Source: Candidatus Omnitrophota bacterium (GTDB lineage Bacteria; Omnitrophota; Omnitrophia; Omnitrophales; Aquincolibacteriaceae). Taken from it: 64,000 nucleotides of DNA. The stretch spans positions 14,673-78,672 of the forward strand of contig JAZDJU010000123.1 in the NCBI GenBank assembly GCA_043803685.1, given 5' to 3'. Position 1 is the first letter of the stretch. The number at the start of each line of letters is the position of its first letter. The position numbers were made by a program, and so were the translations under genes. Shown in pieces: positions 9,882 to 20,355 of the stretch. Under the pieces are notes generated by a model. That model had not been told where the DNA came from. It did no database searches and worked only from the letters and a program-made list of their open reading frames with translations.

Positions 9882-11019
9882 TGGAGAACACAGGATCGCC
9901 CTTGCGCTGGCAAAGGCGTTTCATCGACGAGGATATGGCGTTGATCTGGCAAGCACCAAGCCTCTTCCTCGAGGTTTTTTCTCCCGGTATTGCCACCGGA
10001 AAATACGCTACCGCCCGGATGATCTTTCCTCGTTAATTCTCGCCATCCATGAGCAGCCTTATAGCCTCATCGTGCCGGTACTCGATGCCAGTTACTCCGT
10101 TGCTTACGAGCTGATCGACCGGGGGATCCAAGGCATGATGCCGTTACCGCCAAAAACTCTGTTCGATGCGATGCAGGATAAGGCTTCAGCTCTCTCCATG
10201 TTGCAGGCCTACGGTCAGGCCATCCCTGCCACATACCGGATCGAAGAATTTATGGCGCTGCGCAATAACCACGGGATCAAAAACGAGTCACAACGTTTTC
10301 TGATCAAGCCTAGGATATCGAGTTCCGCCAGAGGGATCGTCGTTTTCGAGGGAACCCTGGGGTTCGACGCGGCCTACGAGCAATACCAGAAACAGACTCA
10401 GGACCTCTCCGGGAAGTTTGACGGATGCGTTCTCCGGGATCCCATTGTGCAGGAATATGTGGATGGAGAAAATTTTTCGCTCAACATGATCTTTCGAAAT
10501 GGAAAACTGTATTTCCGGCAGCTCGTTCATCATATGCGCTATTATCCCAACACATTCGGCTCCCCCATTCGTAGCCGCACGTTCTCAGACAACTCCTCCC
10601 TGTTAGAAAGCCTTGCCCGTTTTTTTGAAACGATCGGGTGGCACGGAGTGGTCCATTGCGATCTTATCCGCACGCACCACGAGGGAGAATATCGAGTCAA
10701 TGAAGTCAATCCGCGCTTCTGGGGAACGATGAGCAATACCCTCCAAAGCGGCGCGGATATCGTCACCGCGTTGGAGGCCTTATCACAAGACACCGTATCG
10801 CCGCCCATGATCTCTCCAACGGATTATGGCTACGAGTACCGGCATCTGTTCTTCGGAGAGATCGCTTATCTGTATCGATCAAAACATAAATGCGCCGCCT
10901 TCAGGGAATTAGTCACACGGCCGGGTGATAGAAAAATATTCTGGGGATTCGACCCCACGGACCCCGGCCCCTTAGCCGCGCAACTCATCAACCTGTTCAC
11001 GCACAAAGAAGTGATCTAG
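9844..11019 (+). CDS. ATP-grasp domain carboxylate-amine ligase
   Basis: FLIKPR.SSSARGI, IVQEYVDG, VNEVNPRFWG. Start may be 9859. Confidence 0.85.
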   Translation: MKVTPMKRVLILDGEHRIALALAKAFHRRGYGVDLASTKPLPRGFFSRYCHRKIRYRPDDLSSLILAIHEQPYSLIVPVLDASYSVAYELIDRGIQGMMPLPPKTLFDAMQDKASALSMLQAYGQAIPATYRIEEFMALRNNHGIKNESQRFLIKPRISSSARGIVVFEGTLGFDAAYEQYQKQTQDLSGKFDGCVLRDPIVQEYVDGENFSLNMIFRNGKLYFRQLVHHMRYYPNTFGSPIRSRTFSDNSSLLESLARFFETIGWHGVVHCDLIRTHHEGEYRVNEVNPRFWGTMSNTLQSGADIVTALEALSQDTVSPPMISPTDYGYEYRHLFFGEIAYLYRSKHKCAAFRELVTRPGDRKIFWGFDPTDPGPLAAQLINLFTHKEVI

Positions 11020-11041
11020 CTCATGAAGGGATGGTATTTTG

Positions 11042-12292
11042 ATGCGAAATAATCGTTTGGCGAACATGGCTCGTTTCCTATGGAAAGAGGCCCTCCAGAC
11101 CCTAACAAAACATTGGTCTGCGACTGCGGCACGTGCGTTCAGCAGGCAACGCCTTCAACTCAAACATGCGGTAGCAGCCTCTTACACGACCCCCTATTTC
11201 GACTACACGCGCATGAACGCGTTATTTTTCAAGGAATTCAGAGAAAAATTTGACGAGATCCTTTCATTGTCGAGCGATGAAGCTCTTGATCGTTATCTTT
11301 CCGGCGTGGATGAGGCCTTCCGCGCGTATTGCAAAAGCGGCTTTGCCCTCGGCACTTCTTCCTGCACCGCGGCGCTCAGCTTCTCGCTCCGGGCACTCGG
11401 CGTAGGCCCCGGCGATGAAGTCGTCACGGTACCCAACTCTTACTGCGCGACGGCGCTGGCCATTCTTGACGTGGGAGCCAAACCCGTATTTGCGGATGTG
11501 ACGGATGATTTCCTTATCGACTGCGGCGAGATCGAGCGCCATATCACCCCAAGAACAAAGGCGATCCTGCCGGTCCATCTGTACGGCCATCCCTGCGATA
11601 TGGAACAGATCACTACGATCGCACACCGACACCGTCTCAAGGTTGTTGAAGACGGCGCCCAGGCGCTCGGAGCATCCTTCCGAGGAAGGAAGATAGGCGC
11701 CTGGGGGGACACGGGATGTTTTAGTCTGCATTCTTCGAAGCTGGTAAGTGGCTACGGCAACGGAGGCATGCTGGTGACCCATGACCGGCGCGTATGGGAC
11801 ATGGCGAAAAATTTCCAGACCCCTTGCACGAACAATGAAAGCGTGCTGGATTCTCACCGTACCCCCGACCAGCTCAATCCGTTCGTCGCCGCGTTCGCGA
11901 GGGTGAAACTGAATCATCTGGATGCATTGATCGCCCGCCGAGGACAGATCACCGCACTTTACAACAGAGAATTAGAAAGCATCGCGAACATCAAACTCCC
12001 GAGGATCGCAGCGGATGGTGTAAGCGCTTTCAGAAACTATACCGTGCGATGTGAACACCGGGACGCATTGCAACAGGCTTTGGCCAAGGAGGGCATCGAA
12101 GCAAAGATCTTCTATCAGATCCCGCTTCACCTGATGAGCATTTTCCGAACGCTCGGTTACCGCAAGGGAGACTTCCCCGTTTGCGAACGCTTACAGGGAT
12201 CGATCTTGTCGTTGCCGAATGCGCCTTACCTTTCAGACGATGAAGTCATCCACATTGCGCGGCAGGTCAAGGCCTTCTACAACCATCACTAA
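11042..12292 (+). CDS. DegT/DnrJ/EryC1/StrS family PLP-dependent sugar aminotransferase
   Basis: GVGPGDEV, TKAILPVHLYGHP, VVEDGAQALGA, FSLHSSKL (PLP lysine), GNGGML, LSLP. Confidence 0.92.
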   Translation: MRNNRLANMARFLWKEALQTLTKHWSATAARAFSRQRLQLKHAVAASYTTPYFDYTRMNALFFKEFREKFDEILSLSSDEALDRYLSGVDEAFRAYCKSGFALGTSSCTAALSFSLRALGVGPGDEVVTVPNSYCATALAILDVGAKPVFADVTDDFLIDCGEIERHITPRTKAILPVHLYGHPCDMEQITTIAHRHRLKVVEDGAQALGASFRGRKIGAWGDTGCFSLHSSKLVSGYGNGGMLVTHDRRVWDMAKNFQTPCTNNESVLDSHRTPDQLNPFVAAFARVKLNHLDALIARRGQITALYNRELESIANIKLPRIAADGVSAFRNYTVRCEHRDALQQALAKEGIEAKIFYQIPLHLMSIFRTLGYRKGDFPVCERLQGSILSLPNAPYLSDDEVIHIARQVKAFYNHH

Positions 12293-12315
12293 AAAAACCC
12301 GGATAATACCGACCG

Positions 12316-13380
12316 TTATAACGCCTGGGACGGAACCGTCTCACAGCCACACACCAGAGGGATCTTGCCCTGAGGCGTGGAGATAACATACCGGGGCATT
12401 CCGAGTCCCGTCATCGAAGACCCAATCGTTCTCATGATCGCCTTTCCCGAAGCCACAGACGCCTGAAAATGGACTCCCCCTTTGACCCCATGGCCCTGAA
12501 ACAAATAGTAAGGCCGGATCCGTGCCTTTAAAAGATCGCGGATCAAGGATTTCATCACGGAGGCGCTATCATTCACCCCCTTCAATAGAACGCTCTGGTT
12601 ATTCAGGGGAAATCCTCCCTCCAGAAGCAACACGATCGCCCGACGCACCTCGGGTGTCAATTCGGAGGGATGGTTGAAATGCGTATTGATCCAGACCGGA
12701 TGGTACCGCTTCATCATACGTACTAGCGCCGGAGTGATCCTCTGGGGAAGAGTCGAAAGAACCCGGGTGCCGATGCGGATCATTTCCACATGCCGGATAC
12801 GGCGTAACGCGCGCAAGATCTTTTCGATGAACGCATCGTCTTCCATCAAGGGATCCCCTCCCGTCAAAAGGACGTCACGGATATTCTTGTGGCGGACGAT
12901 ATAGTCGATCGCGCGGGAAAATGTCGATCGGTCGATGCGATGGTCACGGCGCGTCACGGAGTGCTTTCGAAAGCAAAACCTGCACATACTGGCGCACCGG
13001 CCGGTCAACAAAAAGGCAACCCGGTCCGGATAGATCCGGCATAAGGACTCGGCCGGCATATGTGCCCGCTCGTTCTTGGGATCACAAACGCCTTCCTGGT
13101 TTCGAATTTCCTCTAGAGACGGCAGGAATTGCCTGCGAAACGCAGAGGCATGACCCTTTTCAGCGATGAGACGCGCGCAATAAGGCGTGATCTTCATCCG
13201 GTAAAACCGGGTTACCGCATCGATCGACTTCTGTTGCGCTTTCGTCAGAGGGATCCACGCGGCAAGAGAGGCGCTGTCGCAGAGAGAGTGGGCCACCTGC
13301 CATCGCCAATCTTTCCATAGCCGCCGCGGGATCCTTTTCACGATCTCACATCTCCTTTTTTCAAAAACTTTCGCCTTCAA
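12316..13380 (-). CDS. Lysine 2,3-aminomutase (KamA/EpmB family) radical SAM enzyme
   Basis: DWRWQ, YPDRV, CASMCRFCFRK, VLLTGGDPL, RIGTR, THFNHPSE, NQSVLLKGVND, PYYL, GKIPL. Confidence 0.9.
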   Translation of the reverse strand: MKAKVFEKRRCEIVKRIPRRLWKDWRWQVAHSLCDSASLAAWIPLTKAQQKSIDAVTRFYRMKITPYCARLIAEKGHASAFRRQFLPSLEEIRNQEGVCDPKNERAHMPAESLCRIYPDRVAFLLTGRCASMCRFCFRKHSVTRRDHRIDRSTFSRAIDYIVRHKNIRDVLLTGGDPLMEDDAFIEKILRALRRIRHVEMIRIGTRVLSTLPQRITPALVRMMKRYHPVWINTHFNHPSELTPEVRRAIVLLLEGGFPLNNQSVLLKGVNDSASVMKSLIRDLLKARIRPYYLFQGHGVKGGVHFQASVASGKAIMRTIGSSMTGLGMPRYVISTPQGKIPLVCGCETVPSQAL

Positions 13381-13399
13381 GATTTTATTCGAAATTCTA

Positions 13400-14440
13400 T
13401 TATAAAAAATAGTTCCAGAAAGAAAAACAGCCGCGCCTCGGCATAGGGCACTCCCCGCTTTCCTTCACACGCTCAGCCAGAACTTTCTCGAGTTTCTTCC
13501 CCCCAAGTTCATCCACGCGGCACCGACAAGGTACGTACCGGCAACTGGCGATAAAACCTTCCGGTGAGATCATCGCAAAGTTGCCCGGTGCGGGACAGCA
13601 AAAAGACGGGGGCTGCTGAGAACGCGTAGCACGGACCATTCGATGAATATACAGCTTATCGAAAAAAGAAATATATCTGCTCCGGCCGTGTTTTCCGATG
13701 AAATCGGTCAACCCTTTCGCCAGACTCTCTTTCTGTGACGACGTATAATCCAAGAGAAATGAAGGGCTCGTAAATTTATAAGCAAGAGAAGAAGGGACGG
13801 GATTCGTATATGAAACCGCATGCTCCAGGAATTTGATATGAAACCGGCACCCATGGGCCACCGCAAACGCAAAAGCATTCTCCAACTCCTCGGCGTCAAA
13901 ATACCCAATGACCGTTTTTAGGGCCCGCGGCACCGATGGAAATTCTCCGGCAAGCATTTCCAGGGTGCGTTCGATCCCTTCCCGATGCTCCGACGAGGCG
14001 CCACTTGCCAAAGCGCCATTAAGGCTTACGCTGATCGAAATTTGTTTACATGGACCCCACAGGCGCAGCAAGTCGCGAATCTTTTCTGTCTGCGTGCCAT
14101 TGGTAGTGATGATCAGCTTGCTTGTGGGATAGCGTGCATGCAAGAACTCAAGAATACTGTGAAGCTCCGGCGCTAAAAATGGCTCTCCCCCTGTTATCTG
14201 CACGCTTGTCGGCGCCTGAAGGACCTCATCACACACGCGGCTCACTGTTTCCTTCGAAAGCCATGTCTCCTGGGACATGCGCCAAAGATCGCAATACGAA
14301 CAGGAAAGATTACACTTATAACCCACCATAAAGCAAAGATGCCTTATGCGAGGGAAGCGTTTTATAAACATTCGCCGCCCCCCCATGGCACTATCGACCG
14401 CAAAAGAGGAAAGATCCAAAAAACGATCAGCCCGCGACAT
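13400..14440 (-). CDS. Radical SAM protein with C-terminal SPASM/Twitch-like cysteines
   Basis: CNLSCSYC, ITGGEPF, TTNG, CPAP...ISPEG.IASC. Confidence 0.85.
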   Translation of the reverse strand: MSRADRFLDLSSFAVDSAMGGRRMFIKRFPRIRHLCFMVGYKCNLSCSYCDLWRMSQETWLSKETVSRVCDEVLQAPTSVQITGGEPFLAPELHSILEFLHARYPTSKLIITTNGTQTEKIRDLLRLWGPCKQISISVSLNGALASGASSEHREGIERTLEMLAGEFPSVPRALKTVIGYFDAEELENAFAFAVAHGCRFHIKFLEHAVSYTNPVPSSLAYKFTSPSFLLDYTSSQKESLAKGLTDFIGKHGRSRYISFFDKLYIHRMVRATRSQQPPSFCCPAPGNFAMISPEGFIASCRYVPCRCRVDELGGKKLEKVLAERVKESGECPMPRRGCFSFWNYFL

Positions 14441-16235
14441 TTTCTATATCCGTTTTGTCCTTAGTTTCATATAGCTCCAGCAACACACCATCGATCCACC
14501 GGGAATCGACTAGAACGGCATTTTCTTTCATCCACCGTTGCACTTCGAGCGTATTATTCCCGAAGTGCGGACGTCTCCCCCAATAAGAATGGACCAACCA
14601 TATCCGGCGCGCCGCAATAAGTGAAAAAAGATCATCGTCCAAGAATAAAGGAACTATAGGAGTGCCTTTTCTCTTCGGCCCGTGAAGCTGCGGCACCTTC
14701 CCGCCCCGGGTGTCACCGGACAAAGAAGCGAGCGCATCCTTCTCGGCATCCGTCAAAGTCACCCCAAGGTATGGCTTCAGGATTTCAGCCTCTTTCAAAA
14801 AAGGCATGCGTTTGTTTCGCAGGAATCTTTCCGACAACGCACCGTAACGCAAGAAAACGGTCCTCATCTCTCGAAGATTGTGCCAAAACATATTCAGAAC
14901 CCTCATTTTCTCAAAATCATCCCTGAGAAGCACGCGGAGCGAATAAACATGATAGTGAGGAATGTCCCATCGCATCAGGGAAAGATAATGAGCCAGCACA
15001 TATTCCATGTCCGTATTCGAATAGAGGAGCGCATCCCCCGGCATCGCACGCGCGCGAACATAGCGCAAGAGAGGTTGGCTGGGATATTTATAAAAAACCC
15101 CTCGATGATATAGATGGGATTGATAGGCCTCCTCATAATTCGAAGGCCCGCGATAATAGATCACGAGCGACTGCGCAATAAGAATAATCAGCCCCACTGC
15201 CGCAAGCCGCGCGACGAGATGCTTTTTCAAGTTAAAAAATGCGGCCGCGACAAGGAGATACCACACCCCAGAAACAATCATAAGTTTCCTTCCAAGGAAT
15301 GCGGGGAAAAAAAGATACGAAAAAAGAAGCATCCCGGCAAGAGGCGCGAGCACAATTAAAAAAAGAGACATCTGTTTCCTTTGTACAAGCAGAGGCACGC
15401 ACAATCCCGCAACAACAAACATAGCCGCTATGGCCCATTGATTGCCTGACTGAGTAAAAAAATACCCCGTCAAAAGACTCGCGATCCCTCCATAAACTGC
15501 GTTCATATCCGGCTTTGGGATCCAACCAACGGAAGACAGGTCTTTTGACAGGACTCCGGCACCCCACAGGCACAACCCTGCGGCAGCTACCGTGATCACG
15601 CTCAGACACGCAAGACGACCGGGCAACGAAAAACGTCGATAGAGACACCCCACAAGGTACGCCGCCAGCGGGACGGTCACACATAAAGACAGATAATCGA
15701 TCCCGGCTGCCAGCACAGCCGCTAATAAAAAAGTCACGGCAAATCGTATTTGCCGGTGAGCACGCCAGGAAAAGAATAAATAGAGGGCGGCAAGTACTGC
15801 GCAGGAACTCATTGCATAGACGGTTGCATCCTGAGAGTACCACACGTGCATGGGAGATACCGCAAACAACCAAGCCGCACCCCAAGTGATTTTTTTTTCG
15901 GGAAACAACAATCTCCCCAGCTTATAAAGAATCCCAAGCGCAGCGACATCAAATAACACGGAGGGCAACCGCAAAGAAAACACGGAGACACCAAAACACG
16001 ACGTCCAAAAATTCATGAAGCCGTAATAAAGATACGGAAACCCTGGCACCCCTGGAAGATCCCTTTGGATCACTCGACATGTGATGGCCTCGTCAAACCA
16101 TAGATCAAGCCGCGTCAAATGAAAGAAACGCAAAAAAAGGGCAATGCCCACGATCACTAAAAAATGAACATCCCATACGCCTTTTCGTGACATACCCGCA
16201 TCGCCCCCGTAAACCATAGATTTGATCGTGCTCAT
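14427..16235 (-). CDS. GT39/PMT_2 family membrane glycosyltransferase
   Basis: LWFDEA, LRLPSVLF, AVSPMHVWYSQDA.VY; many TM helices plus a soluble C-terminal domain. Confidence 0.85.
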   Translation of the reverse strand: MSTIKSMVYGGDAGMSRKGVWDVHFLVIVGIALFLRFFHLTRLDLWFDEAITCRVIQRDLPGVPGFPYLYYGFMNFWTSCFGVSVFSLRLPSVLFDVAALGILYKLGRLLFPEKKITWGAAWLFAVSPMHVWYSQDATVYAMSSCAVLAALYLFFSWRAHRQIRFAVTFLLAAVLAAGIDYLSLCVTVPLAAYLVGCLYRRFSLPGRLACLSVITVAAAGLCLWGAGVLSKDLSSVGWIPKPDMNAVYGGIASLLTGYFFTQSGNQWAIAAMFVVAGLCVPLLVQRKQMSLFLIVLAPLAGMLLFSYLFFPAFLGRKLMIVSGVWYLLVAAAFFNLKKHLVARLAAVGLIILIAQSLVIYYRGPSNYEEAYQSHLYHRGVFYKYPSQPLLRYVRARAMPGDALLYSNTDMEYVLAHYLSLMRWDIPHYHVYSLRVLLRDDFEKMRVLNMFWHNLREMRTVFLRYGALSERFLRNKRMPFLKEAEILKPYLGVTLTDAEKDALASLSGDTRGGKVPQLHGPKRKGTPIVPLFLDDDLFSLIAARRIWLVHSYWGRRPHFGNNTLEVQRWMKENAVLVDSRWIDGVLLELYETKDKTDIENVAG

Positions 16236-16531
16236 ATTAGAATCGCGGCGGTTACCAACGCTCCAAAAACTCTCGTCGCCTTCTTATCACCATGAATGCA
16301 TTCAACGTTTTTACTCTGAAAACTTTCTTTTTTTGTCCCACTATGCGGAACAGCCCCGCGGGAATGAGGATGATAGGCTATCGCGCTCGCAAGATGAAAG
16401 AAAAATCGTCCCCAACCCCCTGAGTCAGAAGAAATCGAATGGAACCTCGCGCTTTCCCCAAGGAAATACACGAGATCAAACTCGAACAAAGCGCGCGGGC
16501 AGGCGCTACTTACGATGCCTATGTTTTTCAT
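16232..16531 (-). CDS. Small hypothetical protein or gene remnant, translationally coupled on both sides
   Basis: 99 aa; ATGA overlaps with both neighbours; N-terminus loosely resembles a methylthiotransferase N-terminus. Confidence 0.4.
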   Translation of the reverse strand: MKNIGIVSSACPRALFEFDLVYFLGESARFHSISSDSGGWGRFFFHLASAIAYHPHSRGAVPHSGTKKESFQSKNVECIHGDKKATRVFGALVTAAILI

Positions 16532-17892
16532 ATGGAGCTGTCCACAATATGCACAAAATTGAACTTACCTTTTTCCTTTCTGGCAATTCCTTCAACCATC
16601 CGGATACTCCACTTCACCCGGTTGGCAAAAAGCCCCGAGAGTCGTTTCTGAAGCCGCGACATATCGACAGCCCCCCCCGAAACAATTTCAAGAACGATTT
16701 CTTTCCGAGGATAGTACACGTATCGGCTCTCTTTGATTCCCTTGAGATTCCTCAGCACCCAAGAAAGAACTCTAAAATCATAGGTTGAACCGTCTTCAAG
16801 CCTGATCAATGCCCCAGACCTGCCTGTGATATTCTCGACCAGAGTATCCGTCCTGCCACAGGGACATGGCTTCTGCGACAGCGAAGCAATGTCTCCTGTG
16901 TCGTAGCGTATCAATGGCATCGTTTGATTGATCAGAGTCGTAGTGATCAGCTTAACCTGGGATGTTTCCGGACCCTCAACGGGAAGCAATTCTACGATAC
17001 TACTGTTTGAATCAATATGAAACCCCTCATGGAAAGGACAATCAACCCCCCACACAGTCGCCTCGTTCATGCCGTAGAAATTAAATACCGGACATCCAAA
17101 AGTCTCAGACAACGAACGCCGGTCATTTTGGGAAAGATATTCATACCCTGTAATGACCGCACGCAACGATGAAAGGCGGGCTTTTCGCGCCCGCAATTCC
17201 AGGGCAATTAATTTTAAAAATGAGGGCATCCCTCTCACAAAACCATATCGTTTCTGCTCAAGGAGGAAATGAGCGATCTCCTGAACGGATCGCGTATCGA
17301 AACGCAGTGTATTAAAATAAAGGCATCCACGGCGCCGTTCCATCAGCAGCGTGCGCTTCAACGCCTTCGCAATAACAATATGAGGATCCCGGGGATCGAC
17401 CCCCGCGAGACGGTATTGTCTTCGGACAAGAGCTCCTTGGGCGGCGATCTCTCCTGCGCTGAAATAGACGTTCAAAGGAGTCCCTGTCGAACCGGAGGTA
17501 GACCGCGCGGTGAGCTTTTCGCGTTTCACACCATCCGTGAGGAATAATTCCGGATGGCGCTGGACCGTTTCCCTCTGCAAAATGGGGATCTTGCCGAGAT
17601 CCGAAAGCGAACGGATCGTCCCGGCATCAAAGTTGATCTGCCGGAACAGCGAACGGTAATAAGGAACATAGCGCTGGGCGTGGAGAGCGATACGCTTGAA
17701 ACGGATCAGTTGATTTTGCTGTTTGAGATCCCAAGGCGTGTGATCGGACCGTTCGATCTCCAAGCAAAAATTAATGTATTTGAGCGGAGGAAAAACGTGC
17801 TCAAAGGAACTCCGTAAGGCTTCCGGCAGAAGAGAAAATAAACGATCAGCGATTTTCATCGCTTTCGCATCCGTCTCAAACCAAGAATGCAT
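16528..17892 (-). CDS. Phenylacetate-CoA ligase-like (PaaK/CapK) adenylate-forming enzyme
   Basis: STSGSTGTP, ITGYEYL, NFYGMNE, MPLIRYDTGD, CPCGR, ITGRS, GKF. Start reassigned to ATG 17892. Confidence 0.88.
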   Translation of the reverse strand: MHSWFETDAKAMKIADRLFSLLPEALRSSFEHVFPPLKYINFCLEIERSDHTPWDLKQQNQLIRFKRIALHAQRYVPYYRSLFRQINFDAGTIRSLSDLGKIPILQRETVQRHPELFLTDGVKREKLTARSTSGSTGTPLNVYFSAGEIAAQGALVRRQYRLAGVDPRDPHIVIAKALKRTLLMERRRGCLYFNTLRFDTRSVQEIAHFLLEQKRYGFVRGMPSFLKLIALELRARKARLSSLRAVITGYEYLSQNDRRSLSETFGCPVFNFYGMNEATVWGVDCPFHEGFHIDSNSSIVELLPVEGPETSQVKLITTTLINQTMPLIRYDTGDIASLSQKPCPCGRTDTLVENITGRSGALIRLEDGSTYDFRVLSWVLRNLKGIKESRYVYYPRKEIVLEIVSGGAVDMSRLQKRLSGLFANRVKWSIRMVEGIARKEKGKFNFVHIVDSSI

Positions 17893-17983
17893 CCCTTTTC
17901 CGGCCCTCAACTTGACTTCTATTATTGCGGCGATTAGTATAGCACACTCTCGACAAAGCAACGAACCCTGCTAAGCGAAACGA

Positions 17984-19438
17984 ATGAAGATCATCTTTGT
18001 CGCCCGTTCCCATTTTTACCAGCAACTCGGCATCATGTACCTCTCCTCCATCATTGACACTCTGCCCATCCAAAAGAAACTTTGTCTTGCCCGAATGGAT
18101 GATGTACTGAGCGAGATCGATTCAGCTCAGGGGAAAGTAGTTCTGGCATACTCCGTAATGTCCTATGACTCCCAGTTCTATATCGATTTCAACCGGGCTC
18201 TCAAACGTATACGACCGGAAATATTCAGTATTATGGGTGGCCCCCATCCGACTTTTCACCCTCAATGCCTTGAAGAAGAGGGCATCGATGCCATCTGCCT
18301 CGGCGAAGGAGAATGGGCATTTCTGGAACTATGCGAAAAGCTTCTGGCCGGAGAAGACTATACGAGCGTGAGAAACTTTTGGTTTAAACGCAATGCCTCC
18401 ATGATTCGCAACTCCGTCCGCCCCCTGGATCCTGACATTTCAAAGATCCCCTTCCCCGATCAAAACATGTTCTTTTCCATGGGAGTCGAACACCTCACAC
18501 TTCCAGTCTTCGCAAGCCGCGGATGCCCTTTCTCTTGTTCGTTCTGCTTCAATCACCAGGCCAAAGAACTCTATCGCGATAAAGGCCCTTATCTCCGTTT
18601 CAGAGACCCTCAAAATGTGATCGATGAAATACAGACGGCTGAGCGAAAACTCACTTTAAAGATCAGACGCGTCTTCTTCATGGACAGCACTTTTATCTAT
18701 AATAAACCATGGCTACATGACCTGTGCGCTCTTTACAAGAAAGAAATCAAAATACCCTTCAGCTGTACTGCGCGCGCAGATCTCGTCGATGAAGAAACCA
18801 TCGCGCTCTTGAAAGATTCCGGCTGTTGCCGGGTAGGTTTCGGCGCGGAAGTCGGGAACGAGGCCTATCGCATGAAGACACTGAAAAAAAACATCACCAA
18901 CGACCAACTCTTGCGGACCGCCGCTCTATTGAGAAAACACAAACTTAAATTCAAAGTCTTTAACATGCTTGGACTGCCTCATCGCAGCCTTGCGAATGAT
19001 ATCGAAACGTTGAAATTCAACTGGCGTCTCGCGCCAGACTGCGCCCACGCATCACTCTTCACCCCCCTGCCGGGCACTCTTTTCCACGAAGAACTGGTAT
19101 CCAATAATCTCCTAACCAAACAGTTCGGCGAAGAAAACAACTTTTCACTTCTCAAGAAAGAGTCGAATATTAAATTCGAAGGAAAAGCGGAGAAACGCCA
19201 GATCGAGAATTTCTATAAATTCTTCACCTTCTGCGCGCGCTTTCCGATCTTTTATCCCCTGGTGCGTCTTTTGATCACACTTCCTTTCGACAACGTCTAT
19301 CATGCTTTCCACCGTTGCTTCTTTTATTTCTTCAACGCCTGTATTTTTGAGAACCCAACGGATATTTTTCGCGTGGTCCTTAAACATAACCCGCTTAAGC
19401 TCATTAGAATCTTCTTTTCACAAGCCAAGGAATATTAA
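17984..19438 (+). CDS. Cobalamin-binding radical SAM protein (class B methyltransferase-like)
   Basis: LGIMYLS, GGPHPT, LGEGE, ASRGCPFSCSFC, FFMDSTF, MLGLP, PLPGT. Confidence 0.9.
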   Translation: MKIIFVARSHFYQQLGIMYLSSIIDTLPIQKKLCLARMDDVLSEIDSAQGKVVLAYSVMSYDSQFYIDFNRALKRIRPEIFSIMGGPHPTFHPQCLEEEGIDAICLGEGEWAFLELCEKLLAGEDYTSVRNFWFKRNASMIRNSVRPLDPDISKIPFPDQNMFFSMGVEHLTLPVFASRGCPFSCSFCFNHQAKELYRDKGPYLRFRDPQNVIDEIQTAERKLTLKIRRVFFMDSTFIYNKPWLHDLCALYKKEIKIPFSCTARADLVDEETIALLKDSGCCRVGFGAEVGNEAYRMKTLKKNITNDQLLRTAALLRKHKLKFKVFNMLGLPHRSLANDIETLKFNWRLAPDCAHASLFTPLPGTLFHEELVSNNLLTKQFGEENNFSLLKKESNIKFEGKAEKRQIENFYKFFTFCARFPIFYPLVRLLITLPFDNVYHAFHRCFFYFFNACIFENPTDIFRVVLKHNPLKLIRIFFSQAKEY

Positions 19439-20355
19439 TGGTGACCAGCGCACCCCCTGTCTTTTCCGTAGTTCTCTCGACTCGCAACAGGCCGAATCAA
19501 CTTACAACCTGCCTTTGGGCCCTCATCGCCCAAGATTTCCCTGCTGATGCATTTGAGATCATCGTCGTGAACGATGATTCAAACGACGCCACGCCATCCG
19601 TTCTGTCCGGTCTAAAAACCGCATCCGGCAGAGCCATCACTGTCATAACCAATCCTCACAGGCAAGGCCATGCAGCATCCCGAAATAAAGGGTTCTCTAA
19701 AGCCCGAGGCGAGTTCATCGCATCCACCGATGATGATTGTGTAGCCCCCCGCACCTGGCTTAAGGCGCTTCATAACCATTTCATCCAAGACGGTTCACTC
19801 GCCGCGGTAGGCGGAAGCGTGATGACCCCATCATCGAACAGATACAGCCAGGCAGAATATCTACTGAACTTTTCATCATGGTTCCCCCAGGGAAGAATCC
19901 GTTTCGTCACGAACATCCCGACCTGCAACATTGCCTACCGACGCAAAGCCATCACAGACCACCGCTTTGATGAAGACTCTATCGATATCGGCTACCGGGA
20001 CTCCCTTTTCAATTACCGGCTCCACAGCGAAGGGAAAAAAATCCTCTTTGATCCGCGCATCTGCATGACACACAATGGCGTCACGTCAGCGCGCGCTTTT
20101 TTTAGAAAGCAAAAACGGTTTGGAAAAGGTTTCGCGTCAAGAGGCCACTCGGTGCATGGAAGATCGGGGAAAACACTGCTCCAGTACCCACGCCTTCACT
20201 ATCTTCATCTTTTGTTCGTCTTTCTTCGCTGCATTCACAACCGATTCAATTTCTACAATTTCTGGTCCGTCGCTAATCTGTTATATGCGGGAGAGCGATT
20301 CCGGGTAAGAACGATCCTGGCCTCAAAACATTCACGGACCAAGTGCGCCCCATGA
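19438..20355 (+). CDS. Glycosyltransferase family 2
   Basis: SVVLSTRNR, IIVVNDDS, ASRNKG, STDDDC. Confidence 0.9.
   Translation: MVTSAPPVFSVVLSTRNRPNQLTTCLWALIAQDFPADAFEIIVVNDDSNDATPSVLSGLKTASGRAITVITNPHRQGHAASRNKGFSKARGEFIASTDDDCVAPRTWLKALHNHFIQDGSLAAVGGSVMTPSSNRYSQAEYLLNFSSWFPQGRIRFVTNIPTCNIAYRRKAITDHRFDEDSIDIGYRDSLFNYRLHSEGKKILFDPRICMTHNGVTSARAFFRKQKRFGKGFASRGHSVHGRSGKTLLQYPRLHYLHLLFVFLRCIHNRFNFYNFWSVANLLYAGERFRVRTILASKHSRTKCAP

Noticed and set aside
12316..13380. Calling this gene epmB or kamA
   Set aside because: Family is clear, but substrate and role are not; no efp/epmA or lysine-fermentation context in the window.
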